A stretch of 62,522 bases of DNA, counting the filler, from Bipalium vagum (taxonomy: Eukaryota), in the NCBI GenBank assembly GCA_037834085.1. It is 3 parts of 3 records of this genome, joined end to end, with 100 filler letters (N's around TTAATTAATTAA, not from the genome) between each part and the next. Parts side by side here need not be neighbours in the genome. Positions count along the whole stretch, not along the records: positions 20,739 to 43,449 come from JBBMKC010217688.1; 2 more parts are not named here. The stretch is one strand, 5' to 3'. Below the pieces are notes generated by a model. It was not told the DNA's origin and searched no databases. It saw only the letters and a program-made list of their open reading frames with translations. Made by a program: the position numbers and the translations under genes. Shown here in pieces: positions 24,600-36,170 of this stretch (positions are counted from its first letter, which is position 1; the number at the start of each line of letters is the position of its first letter).

Positions 24600-27406
24600 A
24601 AGATTTATTTCGTTTTATTTTAATTAAGAATTGTACATAAATATAAATTGATTTTTATACTTTTATTTGTATCGATTCTTATTTTTATATCAATTTTGAA
24701 ATATTTTTTTCGTGTGGTTTGATTTATTAAAAATTCTCTTTTGTTTTTGATGGATGGAATTCTTTTTTAAAGTTGTGCCTAATTTAAATATTCATTTATA
24801 TGATTTAGTTTGCATTGTTCTTTTTAAAATAATGAATTAATATGATTGCGTTAAATTTAAATGTGGTTATTAACTCTTATTAAACCTTATTATGACTCCC
24901 AAGTAATGTTATCGTTGGGTCTCTAATAATAAAATAATTAAATCAAAAATCACAAACTTTATTCAATAAATATTTAACAATGAAAAAATCATGAAAGAAA
25001 ATCAGAAGTTAAAATAATTCAGTCTAAAAATAGAAAAAATCAGTTGGACCAAAACCGTAATTATATTTAAATTATCTTGAGGAGAAAAAACTATTCTTAA
25101 TTGAATCCGTAATTGTGGGCTTACACAGATTTTATGTTTAATTATCTATTATTAATATTATCTTAAATATAGTATTATAATTACAATTGGTGAATTTTTA
25201 TTATTAATGTTATGTTCTTATTATTAATCAATAATGATCAGTACCTGTCATATAATACAATCGTATTGGGTCATCGGTAGGCCTTAACATTGATCTCTTG
25301 GTTAATGTCTTTAGAGAACCAAAAATTCATTGATTTTAATAAGTAATCAATAAAGTTCTTGCGGTTTTTCTCATACAGCCTATGATTATATATTTCTTTG
25401 ATTTCTTATTGATAATAAATAATAAATTGTCAAGTCACAAAACGGAAGTTAAATGGATTTGTTTGCACGAGTACCTTGTGCCTGAAAATTTCTTTCCCTC
25501 GGTGCCATCGAATCCAATTTTGAATAGTATTCGAAACAATATTGTCACTAGCATGTCCCGAATGCACGCAGTGGAACTGTTCAACAACGACATGAGACTT
25601 AATGATTGTAACCGTGATTGCTTGCAAGAAGCTCGACAACAGTCTCATGCAAATTTTGTCAAAAACATTCTCAATCGATATTTGGTGATCAATTCTCATT
25701 TGATTTCGGTTTTCATTAATGATTTGCAATTGAAACGTGCTTTACATGCTCTCAAATCCGTCTACTTTTTTCAGGCAGGCATGGAGATGCACGAGTTTTG
25801 TGAGCACGTGTTCCATCTACTGCTCAATTTCTCGTACGAAGCACCTGATTTAGTGCTCATCTGCAACTTGAAACTTCAAAACGTGCTCACAGAATCGTCG
25901 AGCAGGGAATTACGACAAGAAGCCAGGCGGTTCAGTGTTTCCGTCAGTTCCGAGACTCAGTTCGATAGCGAATCGACCACAATCAATACTGTTGTGTTGC
26001 CGTGTTTCACAGTCGACTATCGAGTAAAATGGAGCCTCAGTCTCATAATCACTCCGGAAATTGTTTCCATTGCCAACAAATGTCTCCAGTTTCTTTTGAA
26101 TCTTAAATTTGCCAAACATTGTCTGGAAACGAAAATCCATCGCGATCGAAACGGTCGCAGTCGTTGGAATGGTTTGTCAAATCGCGTGTGCAGCTTGCAG
26201 CTGAAATTGTTGCAGATAATCGGCAATTTTTACGCCTATGTCATGAACACTTTTATCGTTCCATCGTGCGGCTTGTTGCAAAAGGCTGTAGATGAGCCCG
26301 ACAAAATTGGCGACTTCGCTGATTTCATTCAAACCGTAACGGACCCTTTCAGAGTCATGGCTCGTGGTTGTTTGCAGACGGCGGAACTGAATACCATTGA
26401 AAAAGCAGTCAACAAGGTTGTTCTGCTGGGCATTGAGAGTTCTCAATTGGAATTCGGAGCGAATCAAGCTCTGGTGCAGAATGTCGAGGAAAAATATCGA
26501 CGTCTCATCGTCTTTATTTCTGCAATGTTTAAGAGCTTATCACATTTGGGTATTTCTATTATCGAACTGGACATGTCGGCCTTTAAGTGAAAGATTTATT
26601 TCGTTTTATTTTAATTAAGAATTGTACATAAATATAAATTGATTTTTATACTTTTATTTGTATCGATTCTTATTTTTATATCAATTTTGAAATATTTTTT
26701 TCGTGTGGTTTGATTTATTAAAAATTCTCTTTTGTTTTTGATGGATGGAATTCTTTTTTAAAGTTGTGCCTAATTTAAATATTCATTTATATGATTTAGT
26801 TTGCATTGTTCTTTTTAAAATAATGAATTAATATGATTGCGTTAAATTTAAATGTGGTTATTAACTCTTATTAAACCTTATTATGACTCCCAAGTAATGT
26901 TATCGTTGGGTCTCTAATAATAAAATAATTAAATCAAAAATCACAAACTTTATTCAATAAATATTTAACAATGAAAAAATCATGAAAGAAAATCAGAAGT
27001 TAAAATAATTCAGTCTAAAAATAGAAAAAATCAGTTGGACCAAAACCGTAATTATATTTAAATTATCTTGAGGAGAAAAAACTATTCTTAATTGAATCCG
27101 TAATTGTGGGCTTACACAGATTTTATGTTTAATTATCTATTATTAATATTATCTTAAATATAGTATTATAATTACAATTGGTGAATTTTTATTATTAATG
27201 TTATGTTCTTATTATTAATCAATAATGATCAGTACCTGTCATATAATACAATCGTATTGGGTCATCGGTAGGCCTTAACATTGATCTCTTGGTTAATGTC
27301 TTTAGAGAACCAAAAATTCATTGATTTTAATAAGTAATCAATAAAGTTCTTGCGGTTTTTCTCATACAGCCTATGATTATATATTTCTTTGATTTCTTAT
27401 TGATAA
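23433..27406 (+). repeat. Tandem duplication: 1983-bp unit (23433..25415 and 25424..27406) separated by 8 bp TAAATAAT
   Basis: Constant offset of 1991. The copies look identical by eye and all ORF-track peptides are duplicated. Confidence 0.95.
25382..26590 (+). pseudogene. Truncated duplicate of the TUBGCP5 C-terminal (GRIP2) region with a chance in-frame ATG leader
   Basis: Identical to the C-terminal 388 aa of GCP5; the first 14 aa come from 3' flank and junction sequence. Confidence 0.7.
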
Positions 27407-27699
27407 GGCTTATATTCTATTATTTTGGTTAGGTAATATTTTTTCTTTCAATTGATTTATAAAAAATTATTAATACTAGTTTAAAGCGCTCAATTACAGT
27501 GTGTGTAAAAAGTTCGTTCACCCCATATAAAAATACAACTTCTAATTGAAAATAATATTTTAAGTAACGAAATTTTTTAAATACACAAGTTTTAATATTA
27601 AATAGGATATTCATTTGATTTTTTAAAAATTCTAATCTTTTGGGCATCGAGAACACAATTTTCTGGTATAGATTAATAATAATTCTTGAGCAGAATTGT

Positions 27700-28114
27700 G
27701 TTATATTGGTCTTAGTTGCCGTTTAATGAAACCCCAGATATTCTCTATGAGATTTAGATCAGGAGATATCAATATTCTTATTTTTTAAAAGTCAAAAGCC
27801 ATATACGAATAGTGTTGCGAGCTAATGTCGTGACCCAATTTACATGTCATGGATGTAATAATCTATACATAGGAGAGACACAGCGTCATCTCAGAACACG
27901 CATTAGCGAGCATTCACAACCAAGCAGAACAAGCAAGGTGTTGGATCATTTAGTAAACTGCGGTGAAAGAAAAAGCAAAGTTAAAGAGAACGAATTCGGA
28001 ATAATTATGGGAAACTTTCATAATAATGATGAACGAAAGATCTGTGAGTCATTATTAATCAAAGAAAGGAAACCAAATATTGACATCCAAATTGGAGAGA
28101 GTAAGAATCAATAG
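27700..28114 (+). mobile_element. Penelope-like retroelement GIY-YIG endonuclease fragment
   Basis: VVTQFTCHGCNNLYIGETQRHLRTRISEH..S.V.DH...C..ESLLIKERKPNI is the PLE GIY-YIG signature with its C-C-H-H zinc motif. Confidence 0.88.
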
Positions 28115-28779
28115 ATCGTTAATGTTTTCTGTGATTAATTTTTTTTAATTTTTATTTTTAAAAAAAAATTATTTTATCCAATAATAATTAAGAAAAATAA
28201 TTTTTAATTTTTAGATACCGTTATTTAGCGATTTAAAATGTAAATATCAAAAACATTGACTGATGAAAAACTGAAAAATAAAAGTTCAAAACAAGTTTCA
28301 TGAAAATATATATTTGAATAAATTTTGTATTTATTTAATAAAAGACGTATATTCAAAAAATACATTTATATTTTTCACAAAATTAAGATTAATTTAATAA
28401 ATATATAGATTTTAAGAGTTTCACGCCGTGGAATTATTTTGGTACATGCGTCTTAAACTTCTTGTAGTATACTATTGTAAATTATTATTTTACTGCATTA
28501 ACAATAACATTTTTGATTTTACAAAATATATGAGAACATTTTTTTATCTTTATTTTCTATTTAAAAAAAACTGACTGAATCATTTTTGTGAAATTTGTAA
28601 TAAAAGTACTTCCAAATATAATAAAAATTTAAATTCAAACATACATTTTAAAAAGTACTAATGAAAGTACTAAAAAAGGGTACTATTGAAAAAATAAAAG
28701 AAAAATATCCAAAAGAATATCCACGACACCTCAAAGAGGCAGCTACATTCAACAAACTGTTATAAATAGTAATTTTTAA

Positions 28780-29180
28780 AATAAATTTACAGCAGGGAAA
28801 TGTCCAGGAGAATTACATTTAAAATCTTTAAATCCTTTTAACAAAACAAATGTGAACCAAATTTCTGTGGACCAGGGTTGCATATTTATAAAAGATTAGA
28901 AAACTATAATGAAATAATAGAAAATTACAATGAAACTGGAAAACTAGATAAACCTCCAATTCCAAAACCTGATTCAACTCCAACGAATAGAGTTGATCAA
29001 GCTGCAATGAAACATGATGTAAAATATATTTCAAAAAATTACAAAGATAGACAGATGTTGAAATGATTTATGAAATGAACAATATTCAAAATCCAACTCC
29101 TAGGGAAAAACTTGAAAGAGCAATAATAAAATTAATTATGTAAGTCTTAAAGCAACTTTCAGACTAGGTTTACCAAGATA
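28780..29180 (+). mobile_element. Polinton/adintovirus-like parvo-type phospholipase A2 (PLA2X) pseudogene
   Basis: PGELHL..NFCGPG.HIYKRL....PTNRVDQAAMKHDVKY..DR, followed by NPTPREKLERAIIKLIM. Contains the Ca-loop GPG and the catalytic HD..Y. Frameshifted. Confidence 0.8.
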
Positions 29181-29729
29181 ATTTAATATATAGATAGATA
29201 ATTTAAGCTATATTTCTTTAAAATCCGTTAAGTGGTTCTAAAGTTATTAAAGATTGAAAGTTATTAAAAAAGATTATTCTGTTTAAATGTTACACATTAC
29301 ATTAAAACACTTAGTTATGTTTTTATAAAAATAAAAATATTATTTTCTTTATTTTTTAATTTTATATATAATTATTTTATACATTATATTTCATTATTTT
29401 ATTATTTAATAAAAGCTATATAACTAACTGTTTTCATTGGTTAATTTTGCTTATCTCTGATGATAGTGGTAAGTAGGACAAATGCTGGCAAACGGTTTTC
29501 AACATATGTCCCATTTACCAACATAGCAGAAGTAGTAGTAATGATAATAACCAGAGAAATATAATAATAACCAGGGAAATAATAATAATAATAATAATTT
29601 GAAATAATAATAAAAAATATTAATTTGAAATAATAATAATAATAATAATAACAATAATGCAAAATAATAATGATAATTATTATTATATATAAAATGTTAA
29701 TACTTATATAAAATAATACAATTTCATAC

Positions 29730-30165
29730 ACACATACACAAAACTTCAACGCTTAGTAACTTTGAACCCTTCAAATATTCTCAAGTTTTTATTTCAAAGT
29801 TATCGAGAACATGTATGTGCTCTATCTAACCGTATAAATTTTATTCTTGTAGATCCATTATTTGTGCATCTTGAGTTTTATATATACACATATAGAATTT
29901 CTCCCTTTTATATAAATCCGCTATCCAAGTATAAATTGAAGTGGAGCAAAATTAAAAGGTTTGAAATTGTGATGTCATGTAGTGGCAGCTTGGATAGACA
30001 TACATTGTGCAAGTTTACAAGGGTCTAAAACCTTCAAAATATTCAACCCTTTACAACTTTCGATCTGCTGAACCGATTTTGACATATATATATATATATA
30101 TATATCAAATTAAAGCTAATGAAAACATTTATTATACTACATATGTATACACACAAAATAAAAAT
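29730..30165. repeat. Putative non-autonomous repeat (Helentron/DINE-like)
   Basis: Repeated (c)ccttcaaa(a)tattc motifs, a tgaaccgattttgaca motif and an internal (TA)n. No ORF. Confidence 0.3.
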
Positions 30166-30220
30166 TAATTATTTTCCTAAAAATTGGTTGAATTAACTGA
30201 ACTAACATTACAAAATATTA

Positions 30221-31080
30221 TTGAAGTTGGTAAACCAAAATATAACTTTTAATGGTGAAAAATATTATTTAAGTAAAAAAATAATAATTGAACTTAAAGA
30301 TAAAGTTGAAAAAAAAGAAGGCGATGTACTTCCACTGATTACAATTCTTGGAACAATCTTTGCGCGTTTAGGCTCAGCTGGTGGTGTTGCAGATAGAGTT
30401 GCAACAGTTGTTCAAAAAGCAAAAGAATCACAAAAAAACAGATTTAGAAAATAAAAATAGAAATAGAAATTGAGAAACTTATCAAAACTGATAAAACCGA
30501 AGGTAAACTGAAATGATGCGAAGCTCTCAACAATAAAGGTGTACCAAAAGAAGTATCAACTTGAGCTGGACTTTACTTTGATCCACCTTTTTGGAAAGGG
30601 ATTAAGAGATTCAATTGATAATTTATGATATGATGATACAAATATGATAATTTAGATAAATCTGAGAAAAAGAATTAAAAGAATTATTATAAAAATGGAG
30701 TAAGAATAAAATTAAAATAATGAAACAACGAAATGGTTTATATTTTGACACAAGCAAAGCTCTAGAGAAGAAAGATAAAGGTCTTTACTTTGACCGTTAC
30801 AAAAAGAGTAAAAAGATGTTTCTAAATTTTATTTTTAAAAATGATTTTAAATTTAATTGAATTCTTCTGTAAATATGGAATTAATATAACTTCAAATTTT
30901 AAGTTAATAGATATTGGGGAAGATTTAGAGATGCAAGGCTAATACCAAAGACCTAATACAAAAGGTATGCCCTTAAAAATTTTAATGTGGGATGAATTCA
31001 AAGAGATTCGTATAAAATCTGAGAAACTATTAATTATTAATTATCAAAATGAAGGATGAATAAGTATTTACCCTATATGA
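30221..31080 (+). mobile_element. Polinton-like virion core/membrane-lytic protein remnant, possibly followed by an adenain-like protease remnant
   Basis: KKEGDVLPLITILGTIFARLGSAGGVADRVATVVQKAK plus two GLYFD motifs (about 30568 and 30780) resemble Polinton GGFLPL..LG.AGG / G.GLYL proteins. LMWDEF..LIINYQN is only weakly protease-like. Confidence 0.6.
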
Positions 31081-31219
31081 ATGATTTTGGAGATTACTAA
31101 ATATAATAAAAATTTATTATCTTTGTTCTTTATATTAACTATGTATTGTGACTTTTTTGGTATTTCTATATATAGTAGTGGGAAATATTTTTCTGACACT
31201 TGTAATTTTTGTGATAAAA

Positions 31220-31772
31220 GATGAATTTATAACCTCATTTCAAATATTTGTAAGTTCATTTCAAATTTTTGTAAATCAATTTCAAAAATAAATAAATTTC
31301 AAAAAATAAAAATAAGAAAATGTATTACATATATTTATATATAAACAATACATTTTGTTAGGAATTTAAACATTTGTCTGTAAAAAGAATTACAATCATC
31401 AGCGCCTATCAAATTTCCTACATTGTCGATCAATCCAAATAAATCTTTTTCATTTTCAGGACGAGTTGTCTGATTTTTTGAGAATAAGTTCTCAATATGA
31501 TTTAGAGACGGAGAATAAGCAGGCAAAAACAATACCCTATGACTCCCTTCTTCTACCATTTCACGTATAACTGTCGATTTGTGGAATGAAACATTGTTCA
31601 TTATGATTACCACAGATCCATGTTCTCGAATTAAATCTTTTGCTATTAATTCGGTTAAAAACGCTCGAAATGTAATCGTTAAATAATGTAGCTGAGAAAA
31701 TATGTATTTGAAATAAGATTACAAAAATTTGAAATTGAATTACAAAAATTTGAAATGAAGTTATAAACCCTG
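31220..31772 (-). mobile_element. Short IS630/Tc1-like element with sub-repeated TIRs and a DDE_3 C-terminus
   Basis: ORF 31335..31613 VIIMNNVSFHKS..HRVLFLPAYSPSLNHIENLFSK. 31226-31287 is the imperfect inverse of 31707-31767, both built from ~20-bp tttcaaa(t)ttttgtaa units. The right end is ...ccctg|ta. Confidence 0.85.
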
Positions 31773-32234
31773 TAATTCATATTTTCGATTCCTGTCATAC
31801 CATTACAAGTGAAATTAAAAATTATTTTCAGACTTATTTCGAGTAAAAGTAATTTCTTCCTTTACTTTATTTTTATTTTTATAATCATCATGAAAAAGGA
31901 GATATAAAATACTTAAAATTATTATAATTTTTTATTTTAATTTTTAAAAATAACATGTTTTACATCTTCTAAAATATTTTGAAAGATATAACTGAACAAC
32001 TTCCAATTTTCTCTTCATTAAAAAGTTTTAAACAATTTTTTTACCTATTGCAATATTGTAGGTCAAAGTATACACATTGGGTGATGAGCACGTCATTTTT
32101 CATACATGGGCAAATGAAATGTCATTTATCACACATTGCATAAATTTAACTTATATTATAATATCAATGATTATATATTAATGAAAAAAGCATATTATTG
32201 TACAATTTTTAGATAAAACCTTTGTATTAGAAAA

Positions 32235-32510
32235 AATATTGGGCTATAATATGAGTCTTAAATTGCATTTTTGCATAGTCACTTTGACTATTTCCCGAAA
32301 GATCTTTACGGTTAATGGTAAAAAAAAATACTCAACAATGCAATATAATAAAATATGTTTTCATTTAAAATATTATTTCATAAAATATTATTTCATAAAA
32401 TATTATTTCATATATATACAGCTACATAGAGTTCTTATCAAATTTCAAGTCAAACTAATAGAGAATATAAAAAATATTTTGATAAAAACCCTATTTTTGG
32501 TGATCCACAT
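32235..32510 (+). mobile_element. Chapaev3/CMC-like transposase fragment
   Basis: LGYNMSLKLHF, then a frameshift, then LHSHFDYFPKDL, matching the LGCNMSLKIHFLHSHLDFFP motif. Confidence 0.6.
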
Positions 32511-32511
32511 A

Positions 32512-32700
32512 AAATAGTTCTGTTGACGAAACGATGTTAAACCATAGGGCTAAAGCTCATCGAGAAGGTGTCCATCTAAGCAATGCTGGGCCTTAGTATA
32601 AACAAAAATTATATCTTTCCAATTATATACAGAAAAGTTAGACAAGGCAACACAGTATACAGTGATGACGCATAATAGCTTTAAATAAACTATGAATAAT
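32512..32700 (+). mobile_element. Merlin/ISXO2 (IS1595-type) transposase fragment
   Basis: VDETMLNHRAKAHR..WAL and FPIIYRKVRQGNTVYSDD match the IDET..K.HRGR..W and LPII..V..G..I.TD motifs. Confidence 0.6.
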
Positions 32701-33389
32701 TGTTGGTTGTCAATTTTATCTTTCTTGTTATTATTAACATTGATTTTTCATTGTAAGTAAACAAAACCACATAGGTTATCTTGTAGGTCAGAAAAATACT
32801 TGATATTTCTGTAGATCATTAAAAAACATTTTCCAAAGTTTCCATAAAACAAATATAGTTAATTGTACACAATAACCTAAATCCGTTTCACTTTGCAGAT
32901 CAAATTTGTTATACTCTTTCACATACTCTTAATTTTTCAAATGGAGGTAAGCCATAAGAGTCAAAAGAAAAGTTTTGATAATATCCAACCCAATGAACTC
33001 CTTTTTGATTTTTATTTTGATAATTAATTAGTGGGTTTTTTTAGTTATCTCATCTTTCATCAAAACTTTTAAAGGAATTACGAAATCTTCAGCAATATTT
33101 ATTAAATCAAAATTTGTAGCTGTATTAATTCCATATTTACAGAAAAATTCTAAAAGTAAATTTATTTTTAAATTTTAAATCGAGACATTTTTTATTTAAA
33201 ATGTTATGTAATGAAAATATATTTTACTTTTTTAAAATAATATTTATAAATGGAAAGTTATTGATACAACAGCAATTACTTTTATATATTTCGAGTTACA
33301 TCATACATTATTTGAAAATTTTTATTAAAATATAGAAAAATACTAATAGATATAAAATACATATTTTTAAAATATTTTTTTGATTTTTT

Positions 33390-34068
33390 TCAGAAAGTTA
33401 TCTTCAGTGATGAAGCTGATTTTTGATTCAACAGCTTTTTGAATACGCCAAACTGCATGATTTGGTCAAACTCATACCCAAAAGTGATGTACGAGATGCT
33501 ATTATATTCACAAAAAATCACTGCCTTTTGCAATTTTTATGCTGGAGGCGTCTTCATTCATCCTGAAAAACCAATTAAGGTAAATGGGGAAAGATATCAC
33601 TGCAATTTTTTCTGCGATTTGAAGATCTTCAGTTAGATGACATGTGGTTTTAACAAGCCACGCTATTTGCAACAAATCTGATCAAACTATACAATTATTG
33701 AATTCAAAGGTTGATGAGAGTCTTACTTCAAGAAATTGACCAATCAATTGACAGCATCGTTCGTGCGACTTGATTCCCTTTTGTGGGTTATGTCAAATCA
33801 TTCGTCAACAGCAAAAAGTCAGACACTTTGGATGTTCTCAAAACCAATATTGAACACGAAATTTGTGGAATTTCATCTGATTTGTGTAAAAGAGTAATGG
33901 AAAATTGAATCTACAATCGTGATCTAGGATTATACATGAGTTCCATAATTAATGGTAATCCACGTATTTAAGCTTGAAATAAAAATTTTATTTATATATC
34001 TAAAACAAATATAAAATTTAATGTCTTTATTTCATACAAAACGCGTCATCTTTAATGGAACAACTTAT
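33390..34068 (+). mobile_element. DD41D (rosa-like) Tc1/mariner remnant
   Basis: KVIFSDEADF, NCMIWS, KITAFC, VNGERY, MWF*Q, RSCDL..LWGYVKS; TIR-like end ..aatggaacaacttata. Confidence 0.8.
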
Positions 34069-34474
34069 ATTATAATGTTTAATTATAAATTTTATATTTT
34101 ATATTGGTTTAATAAAAAAAACCGGCTTCAAGTATATGTAGTCCCACAATTTGAGTATTTAAAAATAGTTATATTTAAATTACATATATTGTAAAATCAT
34201 TATAGAATATCATAAAATTAAAATAAATGAATTTTATATAATTAAAATTTTACATAACGATTAAATTAAAGTAAATATTTAATTAACAATTTTTCTACAA
34301 ATCATATTTCTAAAATTACATTTGAAAGTCATTTTAAAATTTAAGAAAGTATGCATTATTTCTTTAAGTCTACCATTTTCTTCATTTATTTAATTTATTT
34401 CACGTTTGTTTGAATATATAAGAATATTTATCATTTTTGCATTAAGTCCAAATTTTTTGATTTATTAAAAGAAT

Positions 34475-36170
34475 ATGCAAGGAATTCCTAGATATAATGT
34501 GACAAACAAATCAAAGAAAGATGGTTATTAAATTGAGATCTCTAATTTTTAAAAATAATTTATATTAGATGAAGATAGTTTTAAATTTAGTAACAGACCT
34601 CCTTTGGCGTCATCAACTTTTCTAAGTAACGGAAGTACCAGGGTAATTTGATTATTTTTTGATATGAAATATATGTGTGTGTTTTGACAATTAATATATT
34701 AGCAGTATTTTGTGTAAATTTTTAAAACAATTTGTTCAATTTAAGGAAAATAATAAATTCTTTTAGACAGATGAATTGAAGTTGGGATTTGCAAATTTAC
34801 CAGAACAAATGCAACGTAAGGCTGTCAAGAAAGGATTTAATTTTACTTTGATGATTGTTGGAGAAAGTGGTCTTGGAAAAAGCACATTTATAAACAGCTT
34901 ACTAAACCAAAGTATATATACAGAGTCTAGTCGTGATATTTCCAGTCAAGAGATGATTCAATCTACTACCAAGATTGAAAAACATTTTATTGAACTTGAT
35001 GAAAAAGGAGTGAAATTGAGGTTAACAATTGTTGACACGCCTGGGTTTGGTGATAGCTTGGACTGCTCTGAATGGTAATTTTTGAAAATTATATAAATAA
35101 AAAAGTAAATAAATTTCCAGTTGGAAGCCAATAGTTGAATATATAGACGAAACATTTTATCAGTATTTCAAGGACGAGTGTGCCATTAATCGTAAAAATA
35201 TTCAAGATAATCGTGTCCACTGTTGTCTGTATTTTATTTCACCTGTGGGTCATAGTCTTAAACCGGTCGACGTTGAATTAATGAGGATCCTGCACACAAA
35301 AGTAAATATTATTCCAATAATCGCCAAAGCCGATACGTTAACCGAATCGGAACTACTATCGTTCAAGCAAAAATTGATAGGGGATTTCGAAAAATACCAA
35401 ATTAATTTCTATCAACCACCGATTTGTGGTAGTGACGAGGAAGACGAATTTATAGGCCAAGATGCCGAAATAAGAGCCTCGATGCCGTTTTCCGTTATCG
35501 GTAGTAACGTAACAATTGAAAACGAGAATGGTCGCAAATTCCGTGGTCGTCAATATCCGTGGGGTGTGGCGGAAGTGGAGAACAGTAAACATTGCAATTT
35601 CAACATTTTACGAACTTTTATTCTCCGGTAACACTTATCAATGAAAACAAATTCTAATCGATTTTACATTCTTTTTACGCAAACAGAACCCATATGCAAG
35701 ATCTGAAAGACATCACCAGTGATTTATTGTACGAAAATTATCGCGGCCAAATTATCCAGGTTCGCATGAATCGGCGAAACAACGATCGTTATGCTACGAT
35801 GAACAGGTGGCTTTTTTTCTGTTCGTTGAATTCCAATAATCAATATCCATATTCAGTAAGACAGAATCCACTGCTTCCTCTATTGATGACATTGTCGACA
35901 CAAGCAATCTTTTGCAAGAAAAGGATGAAGAGGTTTGTTATAAAACAAATTGTTTTTTTCTGATTAAAATCAGTTAAGTAATATTGTTATTGATTTCATT
36001 TTTTCTTTAAGATCCAACGCTTTCCGACTGTCCATTCAAAAGTGCTTGGTTCGGTCAGCAATGGTTCAGTCGGCAGTGGCTCGTCCAGTAACTTAAGCAG
36101 ACCTCCACCAGGCGGAGGAATGGGTTCCGCTATTGTCAACAATTCTCCGACGGCGTCTGTTAAATCGTGA
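34475..36170 (+). CDS. Septin, SEPT2 group (SEPT1/2/4/5-like); exons 34475-34523, 34569-34642, 34767-35074, 35121-35627, 35687-35806, 35857-35932, 36012-36170
   Basis: [93 protein letters not shown] introns are phase-consistent. The first two and the last exon are less certain. Confidence 0.93.

Noticed and set aside
22108-26618. Many short ORFs overlapping GCP5 and its duplicate
   Set aside because: Antisense or alternative-frame shadows of GC-richer coding DNA.
27497-27525. Tc1-like TIR cagtgtgtgtaaaaagttcgttcacccc
   Set aside because: No partner TIR or transposase found.
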